23,606 nucleotides of DNA. Source: a virus. The DNA is taken from positions 1-23,606 of IMG/VR virus record IMGVR_UViG_3300021431_000069; one strand, 5' to 3'. Of the stretch, positions 13,440 through 21,758 are shown piece by piece (the first letter of the stretch is position 1; each line of letters begins with the position of its first letter). Made by a program: the position numbers and the translations under genes. The notes beneath the pieces are model-generated. The model saw only the letters and a list, made by a program, of their open reading frames with translations. It had not been told where the DNA came from and searched no databases.

Positions 13440-13750
13440 CAATCGCAGAACTTATGACGGCGATTGGAGAGGAACTGTCCGCTCCTGTCGCTTATTCACA
13501 TTTTACAAAGGCGGTCACTCCGCCTTATCTCGTTTATCTTGGCGCGGGTCAGGATCAATTCGAGGCAGACGATACCGTCTATTGGAGGAGGAACGTCTAC
13601 ACGATCGAATACTACTTCACCAAGAAGGACGAGAGCATCGAGACCACAATAGAGGACATGATCCTCGCGGCTGGATGGCAGTTTGACAAGTCAGACGACG
13701 CATATATCCAAGACGAGGGTCTTTTCGTAATCTACTACAACTTGCAATAG
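13436..13750 (+). CDS. Tail completion / tail terminator-like protein
   Basis: 104 aa. GAGGAG RBS. Syntenic position immediately before the major tail protein. Confidence 0.4.
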   Translation: MTIAELMTAIGEELSAPVAYSHFTKAVTPPYLVYLGAGQDQFEADDTVYWRRNVYTIEYYFTKKDESIETTIEDMILAAGWQFDKSDDAYIQDEGLFVIYYNLQ

Positions 13751-13761
13751 GAGGTAATTCT

Positions 13762-14325
13762 ATGGCGGCAGATAACAACAAAGTCGAATTCGGACTGTCT
13801 AATCTGTATGTCGGTACATATACAGTCGCGGCGGACAGCACCGTCACGCTTGGTACTCCGTATCATCAGAAGGGCGCGGTCAGCCTGTCCCTCGATGCAG
13901 AATCCGACTCTAATGACTTCTACGCAGACAATGTGAAATACTGGAGCGGCTTCTCCGACAACGGCTTCAGCGGTAGCATCGAGGTCGCGAAATTCGACAC
14001 CGACTTCAAAACTCAGTTCCTCGGCTATCAGACACTCACCGACGGCGGTGTCGCGGCGGTCAAGGGCGCGGTCAAGCCGAACGTGTACATCGCATTTCAG
14101 ACCGAAGGCGATGTCGAGGGAAGACGTGTTATCCTTTACAACGTCGCTCTCGGCGCGATTGGCAGAGAATACTCGACAATCGAAGAGAATAAAGAGCCTG
14201 TCACCGAGACAATCGACATCACAGTCACAGGCGACAATGGTACTGGCATCGTAATGACGAGCTACAAGCCCGCCGACACCGGCTACGCTACGCTCTTCAC
14301 GAATCCGCCTGTTCCGGCACTCTAA
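13762..14325 (+). CDS. Major tail protein (phi13/TP901-like family)
   Basis: AGGAGG RBS. 187 aa with VEFGLSNLYVGTYT...YHQKGAVSLSLDAESDSNDFYADN.... Followed by a strong hairpin. Confidence 0.75.
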   Translation: MAADNNKVEFGLSNLYVGTYTVAADSTVTLGTPYHQKGAVSLSLDAESDSNDFYADNVKYWSGFSDNGFSGSIEVAKFDTDFKTQFLGYQTLTDGGVAAVKGAVKPNVYIAFQTEGDVEGRRVILYNVALGAIGREYSTIEENKEPVTETIDITVTGDNGTGIVMTSYKPADTGYATLFTNPPVPAL

Positions 14326-14330
14326 CAACA

Positions 14331-14376
14331 CAGAAACGAACGAAGGGAGGCTCTCGCGGTCTCCCTTTGTTTCTGT
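14331..14376 (+). terminator. Terminator-like extended hairpin after the major tail gene
   Basis: CAGAAAC...AAGGGAG-GCTCTCGCGGT-CTCCCTT..GTTTCTG. The core stem 14343-14367 is followed by TTTGTTTCTG. Confidence 0.6.
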
Positions 14377-14466
14377 ATATGCGTAAAAACGTGAGGTGTA
14401 ATCTATCGACCGCATCTGTAAAAACGGCTTAGAACGAAAAACAGGCGGTCAGAAAGGACGAAGAAG

Positions 14467-14964
14467 ATGGAAAAGACTATTAAAGCGGGAAAAAAGAGCT
14501 ACAAACTCACGAATAAAGTCAAATGGATGCAAGTCTACAAAAACGAATTCGGTCGCGACATCATGCCGATGCTCGTCCCTGTGGCTAACGCTTTCCTCGA
14601 GCTTTCTGTGAGCGTAATGAAGGCGACAGGAGGCAAGGCTCTCGACATGAGCAAGGCGGGAGAAGTCCTGAAGGACATCGACATCGCAGACATACAGTCT
14701 TCTATGTATTCGCTCGCGGGTCTCGAGTTTACTGATCTGCTCGCGATCACTTGGAGCATGGCGAAGACGATGGACGAAGAAACGACCGACTTCGACACAT
14801 GGGTCGACGAGTTTGTCGACGACTTCTTCCCAGTCGACGAGATCGCTCCGACAATCGTTACGATGAACGCTAAAGCACTAATGTCGACAAAAAACTTCTC
14901 AAGGTTTCAGAAAGCGGTCGGAATTCTGAAACCGAAGACGACCTCGACCTCGACAGAATCCTAA
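14467..14964 (+). CDS. Tail assembly chaperone (gpG-like, zero-frame product)
   Basis: 165 aa between the major tail and tape-measure genes. Contains the slippery heptamer near its 3' end. Confidence 0.75.
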   Translation: MEKTIKAGKKSYKLTNKVKWMQVYKNEFGRDIMPMLVPVANAFLELSVSVMKATGGKALDMSKAGEVLKDIDIADIQSSMYSLAGLEFTDLLAITWSMAKTMDEETTDFDTWVDEFVDDFFPVDEIAPTIVTMNAKALMSTKNFSRFQKAVGILKPKTTSTSTES

Positions 14965-15137
14965 TCATTGGACAGAGTAACGGTCTGTCATATGATGCAA
15001 TGATGGACATGACCGTCGGCGGAATAGTCGACTACTGCATCGAAAACCAAAACCAAAGAATAAAAGCAGAAAAAGAAGAGACAAAACCGAAGAAGCGGAA
15101 GGCTACACAAGCGGACTGGGATTCCTTCTTCGGATGA
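14467..15137 (+). CDS. Tail assembly chaperone -1 frameshift fusion (gpGT-like; join 14467..14895,14895..15137)
   Basis: The -1 frame is open from 14874 to TGA 15135-15137. It encodes ...DLDRILIIGQSNGLSYDAMMDMTVGGIVDYCIENQ..., typical of chaperone extensions. A_AAA_AAC lies in the correct frame at 14889-14895. Confidence 0.7.
14889..14895 (+). promoter_or_regulatory. -1 programmed ribosomal frameshift slippery site A_AAA_AAC
   Basis: Zero-frame codons are ACA AAA AAC. The heptamer fits X_XXY_YYZ. Confidence 0.7.
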
Positions 15138-15187
15138 GGCTCTATTTTTCGTTTTAAGCCGTTTTATTATCGCAAAGGTAAAAGGGT

Positions 15188-17467
15188 ATGGCTGGAACTG
15201 TAAAAGGAATCACAATCAATTTTCGAGGCGATACAACGTCTTTGGACAAGGCTCTTCGGAAGGTGAAGACCGACTCGAAGGACATCGACTCGCAACTGAA
15301 GAAAGTCAACAACGCGCTGAAGTTCAATCCGAAAAATGTCGAACTCCTGACGCAGAAACAGGGACTGCTTCGCGAGAAGGTCACGCAGACGCAGAAGAGC
15401 CTCGAAGACCTTCGCAAAATTCAGTCGCAGATGGACGCAAGCGGAGTCTCCAAGCAGTCCGCCGAGTATCAGCAAGTAAGACGCGAGATCATCGAGACCG
15501 AGTCGAAGCTGAAACACTTCCAAGCGGAAGCGCAGAAGCTCGCTAACGTGAAACTGACCGCTTTCAAAGCACAGCTCGACGAGATGTCGAACAAATTCAA
15601 GACGGCGGGAGACGCGCTGACGAAGTATGTCACGCTTCCGCTCGCCGCGCTTGGCTCTGCGTCGGCTGTCGCGTTTAACGGTGTTCAGGACAGTCTCAAC
15701 ATCGTCACGAAGCTAACAGGCGCGAGCGGTAAAGACCTTGAAGATATGCAGAACATCGTCAAGGATATGGCGACGAGAGTTCCGGCAGACTTCGACACGA
15801 TCGCGACGGCAGTCGGCGAAGTAAATACTCGATTCGGTCTTACTGGCGACCAGCTCGACAAAGTCTCCGAGCAGTTCGTTAAATTCTCGCAGATAAACGG
15901 CATCGACGTGACTCAGGCAGTCGATACAGTACAAAAGTCCATGTCTAACTTTGGACTTTCTGCCGACGATACTGCCTACGTTCTCGATGTTCTGACGAAG
16001 GTATCACAGAATACAGGCGTAAGTATCGACAGATTGACGAACGGTCTTATCTCAAACGGAACAGCCTTCCAAGAGATGGGTCTCGACATCAATCAGAGCG
16101 CGACCTTGATGGGGATGCTCGAAAAGAGCGGTGTCAACATGGAGACCGCGACGAATGGCATGAGAAAAGCCTTGAAGAACGCGACTGCGGACGGCAAGGA
16201 CATGAACACGGCTCTTATTGAGCTTCAGGAAGCCATTTTGAACGATACAGACGGCACGAAGGGACTCCAAGCGGCTTACGACCTTTTTGGCAAATCAGGC
16301 GACCAAGTCTACGGAGCAATCAAGGCGGGAACGCTCGACTTTGAAGCTCTCGCGAACGCATCGACAGACGCGAGCGGTGCGCTCGACGGAACTTTCGACC
16401 AAACGATAACGCCGGCGATGCAGTTTCAGACGATACTCAACCAGTTAAAGCTCTTGGGGTATGAGATTGCGAATAGCGTCCTTCCTGTCATCGAGCCGTT
16501 TATCCAAAAGATAGCGAGCGGTATCGGCGCGATCGCGGACAGATGGAACGCGCTTCCTCAAGACACTCAGCAGAGAATCGTTGCCGTCGGTGTGGCTCTC
16601 GCCGCCATCGGTCCGGCTCTACTGATTATAAGTAAAGTCCTCGCGATTGTGTCTACGGCTATCACAGTAGCGACTACTGTGGTCGGCGGTCTTTCGACTG
16701 CTCTGTCATTCCTTGCGGCGAATCCTGTTGTTCTCATTATCGCGGGCATCACAGCACTCGTCACAGCTATCGTCATCCTGTGGAACAAGTCCGAAGCCTT
16801 TAGAGGGTTTATTCTCGGCATTTGGTCGAATATCCAAAGCGCGTTTGGTGCGCTTGTCGCGTGGTTCGGTCAGAAGAAGGCTCAGCTCCTCGGATTCTTC
16901 CAAGGTATTCCGGCATGGTTCGGTAGCATCTTTGGACAGGCGTGGCAAGCAATCAAAAACAAGTTTGCGTCTTGGGCTTCGTTTTGGGGCGGTCTTTGGA
17001 CGACAATAAAGAACAAATTTAGCGCAATCGGAACGCATATCGCATCGGCTATCAGCGGGGCGGTCAGATCAGGTATTAACGGAGTCATCTCTCGCATCGA
17101 GTCTGTTATTAACGGCGCGATCGGCATCATAAACGGCGCGATCAACCTGATTAACAAGATTCCAGCCGTCAACGTCGGCAAGGTCGGAACGGTACACTTC
17201 CCACGACTGGCTAAAGGCGGCATCGTAGACAGCGCGACGATCGCGATGATCGGCGAAGGCTCGTCCTCTGAGGCGGTCATCCCGCTCGACGAGCTGTGGA
17301 AACGCTTGGACAAAATGACGGATTCCATCACAGGCGCGGGCGGTGGCTCGCCTATCGTTGTAAACGTCTACGGCGCGGAAGGGCAGAGCGTCCGCTCCCT
17401 CGCTGACGAAGTAAGAAGAGTCCTTATCGAAGAAGAGAAAAGGAGACGACTCGCATGGCAATTGTAA
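15188..17467 (+). CDS. Tape measure protein
   Basis: 759 aa with a coiled-coil N-terminus, a central hydrophobic segment (AVGVALAAIGPALLII...) and Gly/Ala/Ile-rich repeats. Located after the chaperone. Confidence 0.9.
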   Translation: MAGTVKGITINFRGDTTSLDKALRKVKTDSKDIDSQLKKVNNALKFNPKNVELLTQKQGLLREKVTQTQKSLEDLRKIQSQMDASGVSKQSAEYQQVRREIIETESKLKHFQAEAQKLANVKLTAFKAQLDEMSNKFKTAGDALTKYVTLPLAALGSASAVAFNGVQDSLNIVTKLTGASGKDLEDMQNIVKDMATRVPADFDTIATAVGEVNTRFGLTGDQLDKVSEQFVKFSQINGIDVTQAVDTVQKSMSNFGLSADDTAYVLDVLTKVSQNTGVSIDRLTNGLISNGTAFQEMGLDINQSATLMGMLEKSGVNMETATNGMRKALKNATADGKDMNTALIELQEAILNDTDGTKGLQAAYDLFGKSGDQVYGAIKAGTLDFEALANASTDASGALDGTFDQTITPAMQFQTILNQLKLLGYEIANSVLPVIEPFIQKIASGIGAIADRWNALPQDTQQRIVAVGVALAAIGPALLIISKVLAIVSTAITVATTVVGGLSTALSFLAANPVVLIIAGITALVTAIVILWNKSEAFRGFILGIWSNIQSAFGALVAWFGQKKAQLLGFFQGIPAWFGSIFGQAWQAIKNKFASWASFWGGLWTTIKNKFSAIGTHIASAISGAVRSGINGVISRIESVINGAIGIINGAINLINKIPAVNVGKVGTVHFPRLAKGGIVDSATIAMIGEGSSSEAVIPLDELWKRLDKMTDSITGAGGGSPIVVNVYGAEGQSVRSLADEVRRVLIEEEKRRRLAWQL

Positions 17468-18738
17468 CAGGAGAATTATATAAAGGATTCACGTTCGGCG
17501 GAATCTCGTCGAAAGCATACGGAGTCTACATCACTCAAGAGGCGGCTTATAACGCTCCTGACAGAGATGTCGAAGTCGTGGAAATCGCGGGCAGAAACGG
17601 AGCGTATATCCTCGACAAAGGTCGCTTCAAGAACATTACTGTCTCATACAAATGCGGTATCGCACTCGACGACGAACAGAGCTTCGAGAGCGCGATCCGC
17701 ACGTTCAGAAACGCGCTTTCATCGAAGGCGGGCAAATACGTCCGCCTCGAAGACGAATACAATCCGAACGAATACAGACAGGCGGCTTTCCTCGGCGGCA
17801 TCGAGGTCGATATGGCGGACAGACGCGCGGGAGAGTTTACTGTCTCATTTGACGCAATGCCTCAGAGATTCCTCAAGAGCGGCGAGACGGCTGTCTCTGT
17901 CGAAAACGGCGGGCAAGTCACCAATCCGACTTTGTTCGAGTCGCATCCGCTTCTCCATGTATGGGGATATGGTGATATGGGAATCAACGGAGACATCATA
18001 TCAATAAACAATGACGAGTATGGGAGGATATTACTTGCAAACAAAGTAAGCTCCCAAACAGCCCAAGCGGTAACATATTTAGACAAATCGGCTCAAAGTA
18101 TGCTTAATGCCGGCGATTCTTTTGACATGAACAGCGGGGCAACCGTCACAGCACGGCTTGATTCAAACCTTGTTCCGGCAATAAATATTACAAATGTCAC
18201 AGTTACAAGAACAAGCACAGACGACCTTGCTGGCATGACAATATCTACCGCGCGTTTTAGTGATTATGTAATCATTACGATTTCGTTGCCACAAGTTGGG
18301 TTTATATACAACACAACAACGCAGATTAAAAAGTCGATTGTGAACGTGACCATCAATTATACACAATCAGGTACGACAAAAACGTCTACGTTTACGTTGG
18401 AAATCAGAGGTCAACACGTATATCGGTCAGGCGATTCGCATCAAGTTATGGTATCTGCTACCAAATCTACGTCTAACGATTTTTCCTCTCAATTTGCGAT
18501 AAGCACAATGCCTATTTATGGGATGTCAACAAAAAGACCATTTGCAGATGATGCAGATTTTTATTTTGATTTAGATATTGGTGAAGCATACAAAATCGAA
18601 GACGGACAGACAGTCAGCGTCAACAATGCCGTAACGATTCCCGCACAGCTTCCCGCGCTCAATAGCGGTGAGAACACTATCACATATGACAGCACGATAA
18701 CGCAGTTTCAGGTCGTGCCGCGTTGGTGGGAGGTGTAA
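17455..18738 (+). CDS. Distal tail protein (Dit) with a large internal insertion domain
   Basis: The N-terminus ELYKGFTFGGISSKAYGVYI...VEIAGRNGAYILDKGRFKNITVSY is typical of siphovirus Dit. An AT-rich insertion lies at about 17990-18600. Confidence 0.7.
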   Translation: MAIVTGELYKGFTFGGISSKAYGVYITQEAAYNAPDRDVEVVEIAGRNGAYILDKGRFKNITVSYKCGIALDDEQSFESAIRTFRNALSSKAGKYVRLEDEYNPNEYRQAAFLGGIEVDMADRRAGEFTVSFDAMPQRFLKSGETAVSVENGGQVTNPTLFESHPLLHVWGYGDMGINGDIISINNDEYGRILLANKVSSQTAQAVTYLDKSAQSMLNAGDSFDMNSGATVTARLDSNLVPAINITNVTVTRTSTDDLAGMTISTARFSDYVIITISLPQVGFIYNTTTQIKKSIVNVTINYTQSGTTKTSTFTLEIRGQHVYRSGDSHQVMVSATKSTSNDFSSQFAISTMPIYGMSTKRPFADDADFYFDLDIGEAYKIEDGQTVSVNNAVTIPAQLPALNSGENTITYDSTITQFQVVPRWWEV

Positions 18739-18740
18739 GC

Positions 18741-20186
18741 ATGATTCCTATCTTATACGAATCGAACGAAATCGCCTTCACGAGCAACGGGCTCGGAAGA
18801 CTGCGCGACTGTATCGACTGCAAGTGTTCCGAAGAAAGAAATGGCATCTACGAAGTAAACTTTTCTTATCCTGTCGACGGTGCTAACTACGACCTGATCC
18901 AATGCGGACGCATCATCGGTGTGACGCATGATGACAGCGGTGACATCCAGCCGTTTGACATTGTAAGCTACTCGAAGCCTATCAGCGGTGTCGTCTCTTT
19001 TCACGCGGTGCATATCTCTTACAGACAGCGCGGAATCGTTGCGAGCGGGACGAACATCAACAGCCTCGCGGACGCTTTCGCAGTCCTGAAGAACTCGGCA
19101 CAGCCGTCTAATCCGTTCACATACGAAGCGGACTTCACGTCGACGGCATACGCGTCGTCATTTGACGGAACTCCACGTTCTGTGCGTCAGTTCCTCGGAG
19201 GTATCGAGGGCAGTATCCTTGACGCATACGGCGGCGAGTATGAATTCGATAAATTCCGCGTCATTCTGCACCAAAGCAGAGGACAACTTCGCGACTTCGT
19301 GATCCGTTACGGAGTCAATCTTCTCGACTACAAGGATGATACGGATTATAGCGAGACCTACACGTCTTGCGTACCGTACTGGCACGGCAACGACAACGGT
19401 AGCGACACGACTGTCGTAGGAAGCCGCGTCGACCTTGGCGGGACGGCGTACAACGGACAGAACATCTGTGCGGCTCTCGACTTATCTGACAAGTTTCAAG
19501 ACAAACCGACGGCGGCACAGCTCGAGGCTCTCGCTCTGTCGCTGATGCAGTCAAGACAGACTCAACTTCCCGCTCAGAACATCGCGGTCGACTTTGTTCG
19601 CCTTCAGGACATGGGCTACGAAGGTCTCGACACGCTTCTGCAATGCAATTTATGCGACTCGATAAAAGTCGAGTTTCCGCGCTACAACATGAGCGGGACA
19701 TACAAGATAGTAAAAACCGTTTGGGACGTGCTCGCTGACAAATACGACAGCATGGAACTCGGTCAACTGTCCACAACGCTCGCGGAGGCTTTGGGCATCC
19801 AGTCGCAGACCGACACGCTCCAAAGCATCGACGACTTGACGGTGAACGACCTGAACGTCACAGGTGGCGCGGCGATCGCGGGCGCGCTTACTGTCGGCGG
19901 GGCTGAAGTAAAGCCCACGGTATACAGAGACTTTAGGAGTCCATCATTTACCACCACAACAGGCGCGGTCGGCTCTTACATGATGCTCATGGACATCAAT
20001 ATTGCATTAAGCGGGTATGTGCCTGTGTCTGCAACTCTAATGGAATGGGGTCATGTGACATACTTGCCGTTTGTAACCATCCGAAACAACGGAACAATAA
20101 GAGTAATCCTTGTCCGCAATGGGTCAAGCGCGGTGACATATCCATCGGGCGATTTTACCGTCAGAGTTGGATACTTGAAAGCATAA
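18741..20186 (+). CDS. Tail-associated protein (Tal; prophage endopeptidase-tail N-terminal domain) with a C-terminal receptor-binding-like tip
   Basis: GGGAGG RBS before ATG 18741. MIPILYESNEIAFTSNGLGRLRDCIDCKCSEERNGIYEVNFSYP... is the canonical Tal N-terminus. Confidence 0.75.
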   Translation: MIPILYESNEIAFTSNGLGRLRDCIDCKCSEERNGIYEVNFSYPVDGANYDLIQCGRIIGVTHDDSGDIQPFDIVSYSKPISGVVSFHAVHISYRQRGIVASGTNINSLADAFAVLKNSAQPSNPFTYEADFTSTAYASSFDGTPRSVRQFLGGIEGSILDAYGGEYEFDKFRVILHQSRGQLRDFVIRYGVNLLDYKDDTDYSETYTSCVPYWHGNDNGSDTTVVGSRVDLGGTAYNGQNICAALDLSDKFQDKPTAAQLEALALSLMQSRQTQLPAQNIAVDFVRLQDMGYEGLDTLLQCNLCDSIKVEFPRYNMSGTYKIVKTVWDVLADKYDSMELGQLSTTLAEALGIQSQTDTLQSIDDLTVNDLNVTGGAAIAGALTVGGAEVKPTVYRDFRSPSFTTTTGAVGSYMMLMDINIALSGYVPVSATLMEWGHVTYLPFVTIRNNGTIRVILVRNGSSAVTYPSGDFTVRVGYLKA

Positions 20187-20198
20187 GAAAGGCAACAA

Positions 20199-21074
20199 AT
20201 GAAAATACTTTTAATCAGCGGACATGGCGCGGGGGACTCCGGCGCGGTGGGATGCGGATATAAAGAAGCCGACTTGACAAGGACGGCTACCAACATCCTC
20301 GCGGGTAAGTTCGCCGCCTACGATGTCAGCACAACGCGCTATCCTGTCGCGAGGGACGCGTATCAGGACAACATAAACGGCTCTTTAGCGGTGCATCTCG
20401 ACGGCTACGACTTAGTCATCGAGGTGCATTTTAACGACTACAACGGCGACGCATACGGCACGGAGTGCCTTTATAAGCCGAACAGCATGAAGGCTCTCGC
20501 GAGCAAAGTCAGCGCGGCGATCTCGTCGTGTGGCTTCTACAACAGAGGCGCGAAAAGGCGGACTGATCTTGCGAACATGAATCTATGCGCGAGGCTCGGA
20601 GTTCCTTATATTCTGATCGAGACGTGTTTCATCGACAACTCGGACGACATGACGCGCTACGGAAAGCAGATTTATTCTGTATGGGACAAAGTCGCCGAGG
20701 CGGTCTGTTCCTACTATGGAGTGAAAAAACTCGCCTCAAACGGCGGAGATGCCGTCACAAGCGGATGGATCAAAAAAGGCGGTTACTGGTACTACTTAGA
20801 AAAAGGTATACCAGTTAAAAACGCATGGCGCGAAGACTCGAAAGACTGGTGCTATCTTGGCAAAGACGGCAAGATGGTCACAGAGAAATGGGTCAAAGAC
20901 TCTAAAGGGTGGTGCTACTGTGGCAAGACAGGACGCATCCTCCGCGACACTTGGCTCAGGTGGGACGGCGCGTCCTACTTCCTCAAGAAAGACGGTCACA
21001 TGGCGACAGGGAATCTTAAAATCGTAGAGACTTTCGACGGAAGCGGTAAATGGGTAGGAGGTCGGCAAGCATGA
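20199..21074 (+). CDS. Endolysin: N-acetylmuramoyl-L-alanine amidase (Amidase_3 type) plus C-terminal cell-wall-binding repeats
   Basis: MKILLISGHGAGDSGAVG...EVHFN...ILIETCFIDN is the catalytic domain. The repeats GWIKKGGYWYYL, KDWCYLGKDGKMVTEKWV, KGWCYCGKTGRILRDTWL and ASYFLKKDGHMATG resemble choline/cell-wall-binding (CW_binding_1) repeats. Confidence 0.85.
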   Translation: MKILLISGHGAGDSGAVGCGYKEADLTRTATNILAGKFAAYDVSTTRYPVARDAYQDNINGSLAVHLDGYDLVIEVHFNDYNGDAYGTECLYKPNSMKALASKVSAAISSCGFYNRGAKRRTDLANMNLCARLGVPYILIETCFIDNSDDMTRYGKQIYSVWDKVAEAVCSYYGVKKLASNGGDAVTSGWIKKGGYWYYLEKGIPVKNAWREDSKDWCYLGKDGKMVTEKWVKDSKGWCYCGKTGRILRDTWLRWDGASYFLKKDGHMATGNLKIVETFDGSGKWVGGRQA

Positions 21075-21316
21075 CAGACACAATGATAGTTGAAGCGGTC
21101 GGCTTCCTCGTCGCTCTGATCGCGGTCATCGCTCCAATCGTCCGACTAAACTCAAACATAGCGAGACTCAATGCAACGCTCGAAAACATGAGCGACGACA
21201 TCACCAAACACGACGGACGGCTCACGAAACACGGCGATCAAATCGAAGAGCTGAGTACCGAAGTCGCAAAGCACGATGTGCGTATATCTGTATTGGAGGA
21301 GAAGACAAAGCCATGA
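21071..21316 (+). CDS. Lysis-cassette membrane protein (N-terminal TM plus coiled coil; XhlA-like/holin accessory)
   Basis: AGGAGG at 21056-21061. ATGA overlap with the endolysin stop. TM helix VEAVGFLVALIAVIAPIV, then a heptad region. Confidence 0.5.
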   Translation: MTDTMIVEAVGFLVALIAVIAPIVRLNSNIARLNATLENMSDDITKHDGRLTKHGDQIEELSTEVAKHDVRISVLEEKTKP

Positions 21317-21546
21317 ATAAAAGATATTGGAAAGACCTTGCTCGGTGCGCGGCGGTGAGAGCGGTAAAGACGTTCTGTCAGACCGCGCTCAGTATGCTCA
21401 CAGTCGGACAGGCATTTATTGAAGTCAACTGGGCGAATGTGTTGTCCGTCAGCGGTGTCGCGGCGGTCATCTCCATCATGACCAGTATAGCCGGACTTCC
21501 TGAGGTGGACGATACTAAGGTATACGACCTGACACACGACAAATAG
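21313..21546 (+). CDS. Holin
   Basis: 77 aa. ...AVRAVKTFCQTALSMLTVGQ...VSGVAAVISIMTSIAGLPE matches the small holin families of Firmicutes phages. It is the last gene before a strong terminator. Confidence 0.7.
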   Translation: MNKRYWKDLARCAAVRAVKTFCQTALSMLTVGQAFIEVNWANVLSVSGVAAVISIMTSIAGLPEVDDTKVYDLTHDK

Positions 21547-21591
21547 AAGACGATTCCGACGGCTTCCCATCTTCACCGATCGGAAGGAAAG

Positions 21592-21616
21592 AGACCTCTT
21601 CGGAGGTCTTTTTTTA
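21592..21616 (+). terminator. Rho-independent terminator ending the late operon
   Basis: AGACCTC-TTCG-GAGGTCT followed by T7. Confidence 0.85.
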
Positions 21617-21655
21617 TTTGCATAAAATCCGTTATGTAAATGCCATGAGAAAAAA

Positions 21656-21672
21656 ATCACTCAAAGAGTGAT
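21656..21672. promoter_or_regulatory. Operator-like palindrome O1: ATCACTC-AAA-GAGTGAT
   Basis: Perfect 7-bp inverted arms read directly, located upstream of the -35. Confidence 0.7.
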
Positions 21673-21680
21673 AAAAATGC

Positions 21681-21712
21681 TTTACAAGTCACTCAATGAG
21701 TGATAATATAAT
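21681..21712 (+). promoter_or_regulatory. Promoter: -35 TTTACA, 17 nt spacer, extended -10 TGaTAATAT (a perfect TATAAT also lies at 21707-21712)
   Basis: Hexamers at 21681-21686 and 21704-21709, with TG at 21701-21702. Confidence 0.65.
21688..21704. promoter_or_regulatory. Operator-like palindrome O2: GTCACTC-AAT-GAGTGAT, occupying the promoter spacer and -10 edge
   Basis: Same architecture as O1, differing at 2 of 17 positions. It overlaps the core promoter. Confidence 0.7.
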
Positions 21713-21758
21713 TACAGAAGATGAAAGCGGGTTCGCCCAATTGAAAGGAGCACAGAAA

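Noticed and set aside
13735-14415. 226-aa minus-strand ORF, and similar minus-strand ORFs at 4511-4972, 5041-5628, 3090-3542 and 1555-2187
   Set aside because: All are antisense to recognisable or well-supported + strand genes, lack RBS motifs and have skewed composition. I found no evidence for any minus-strand gene in the genome.
15685-17461. Multiple ORFs of 60-150 aa in alternative frames and on the opposite strand inside the tape-measure gene
   Set aside because: The 759-aa + strand frame is continuous and has typical tape-measure features. The others are by-products of its biased Ala/Gly/Ile-rich codon content.
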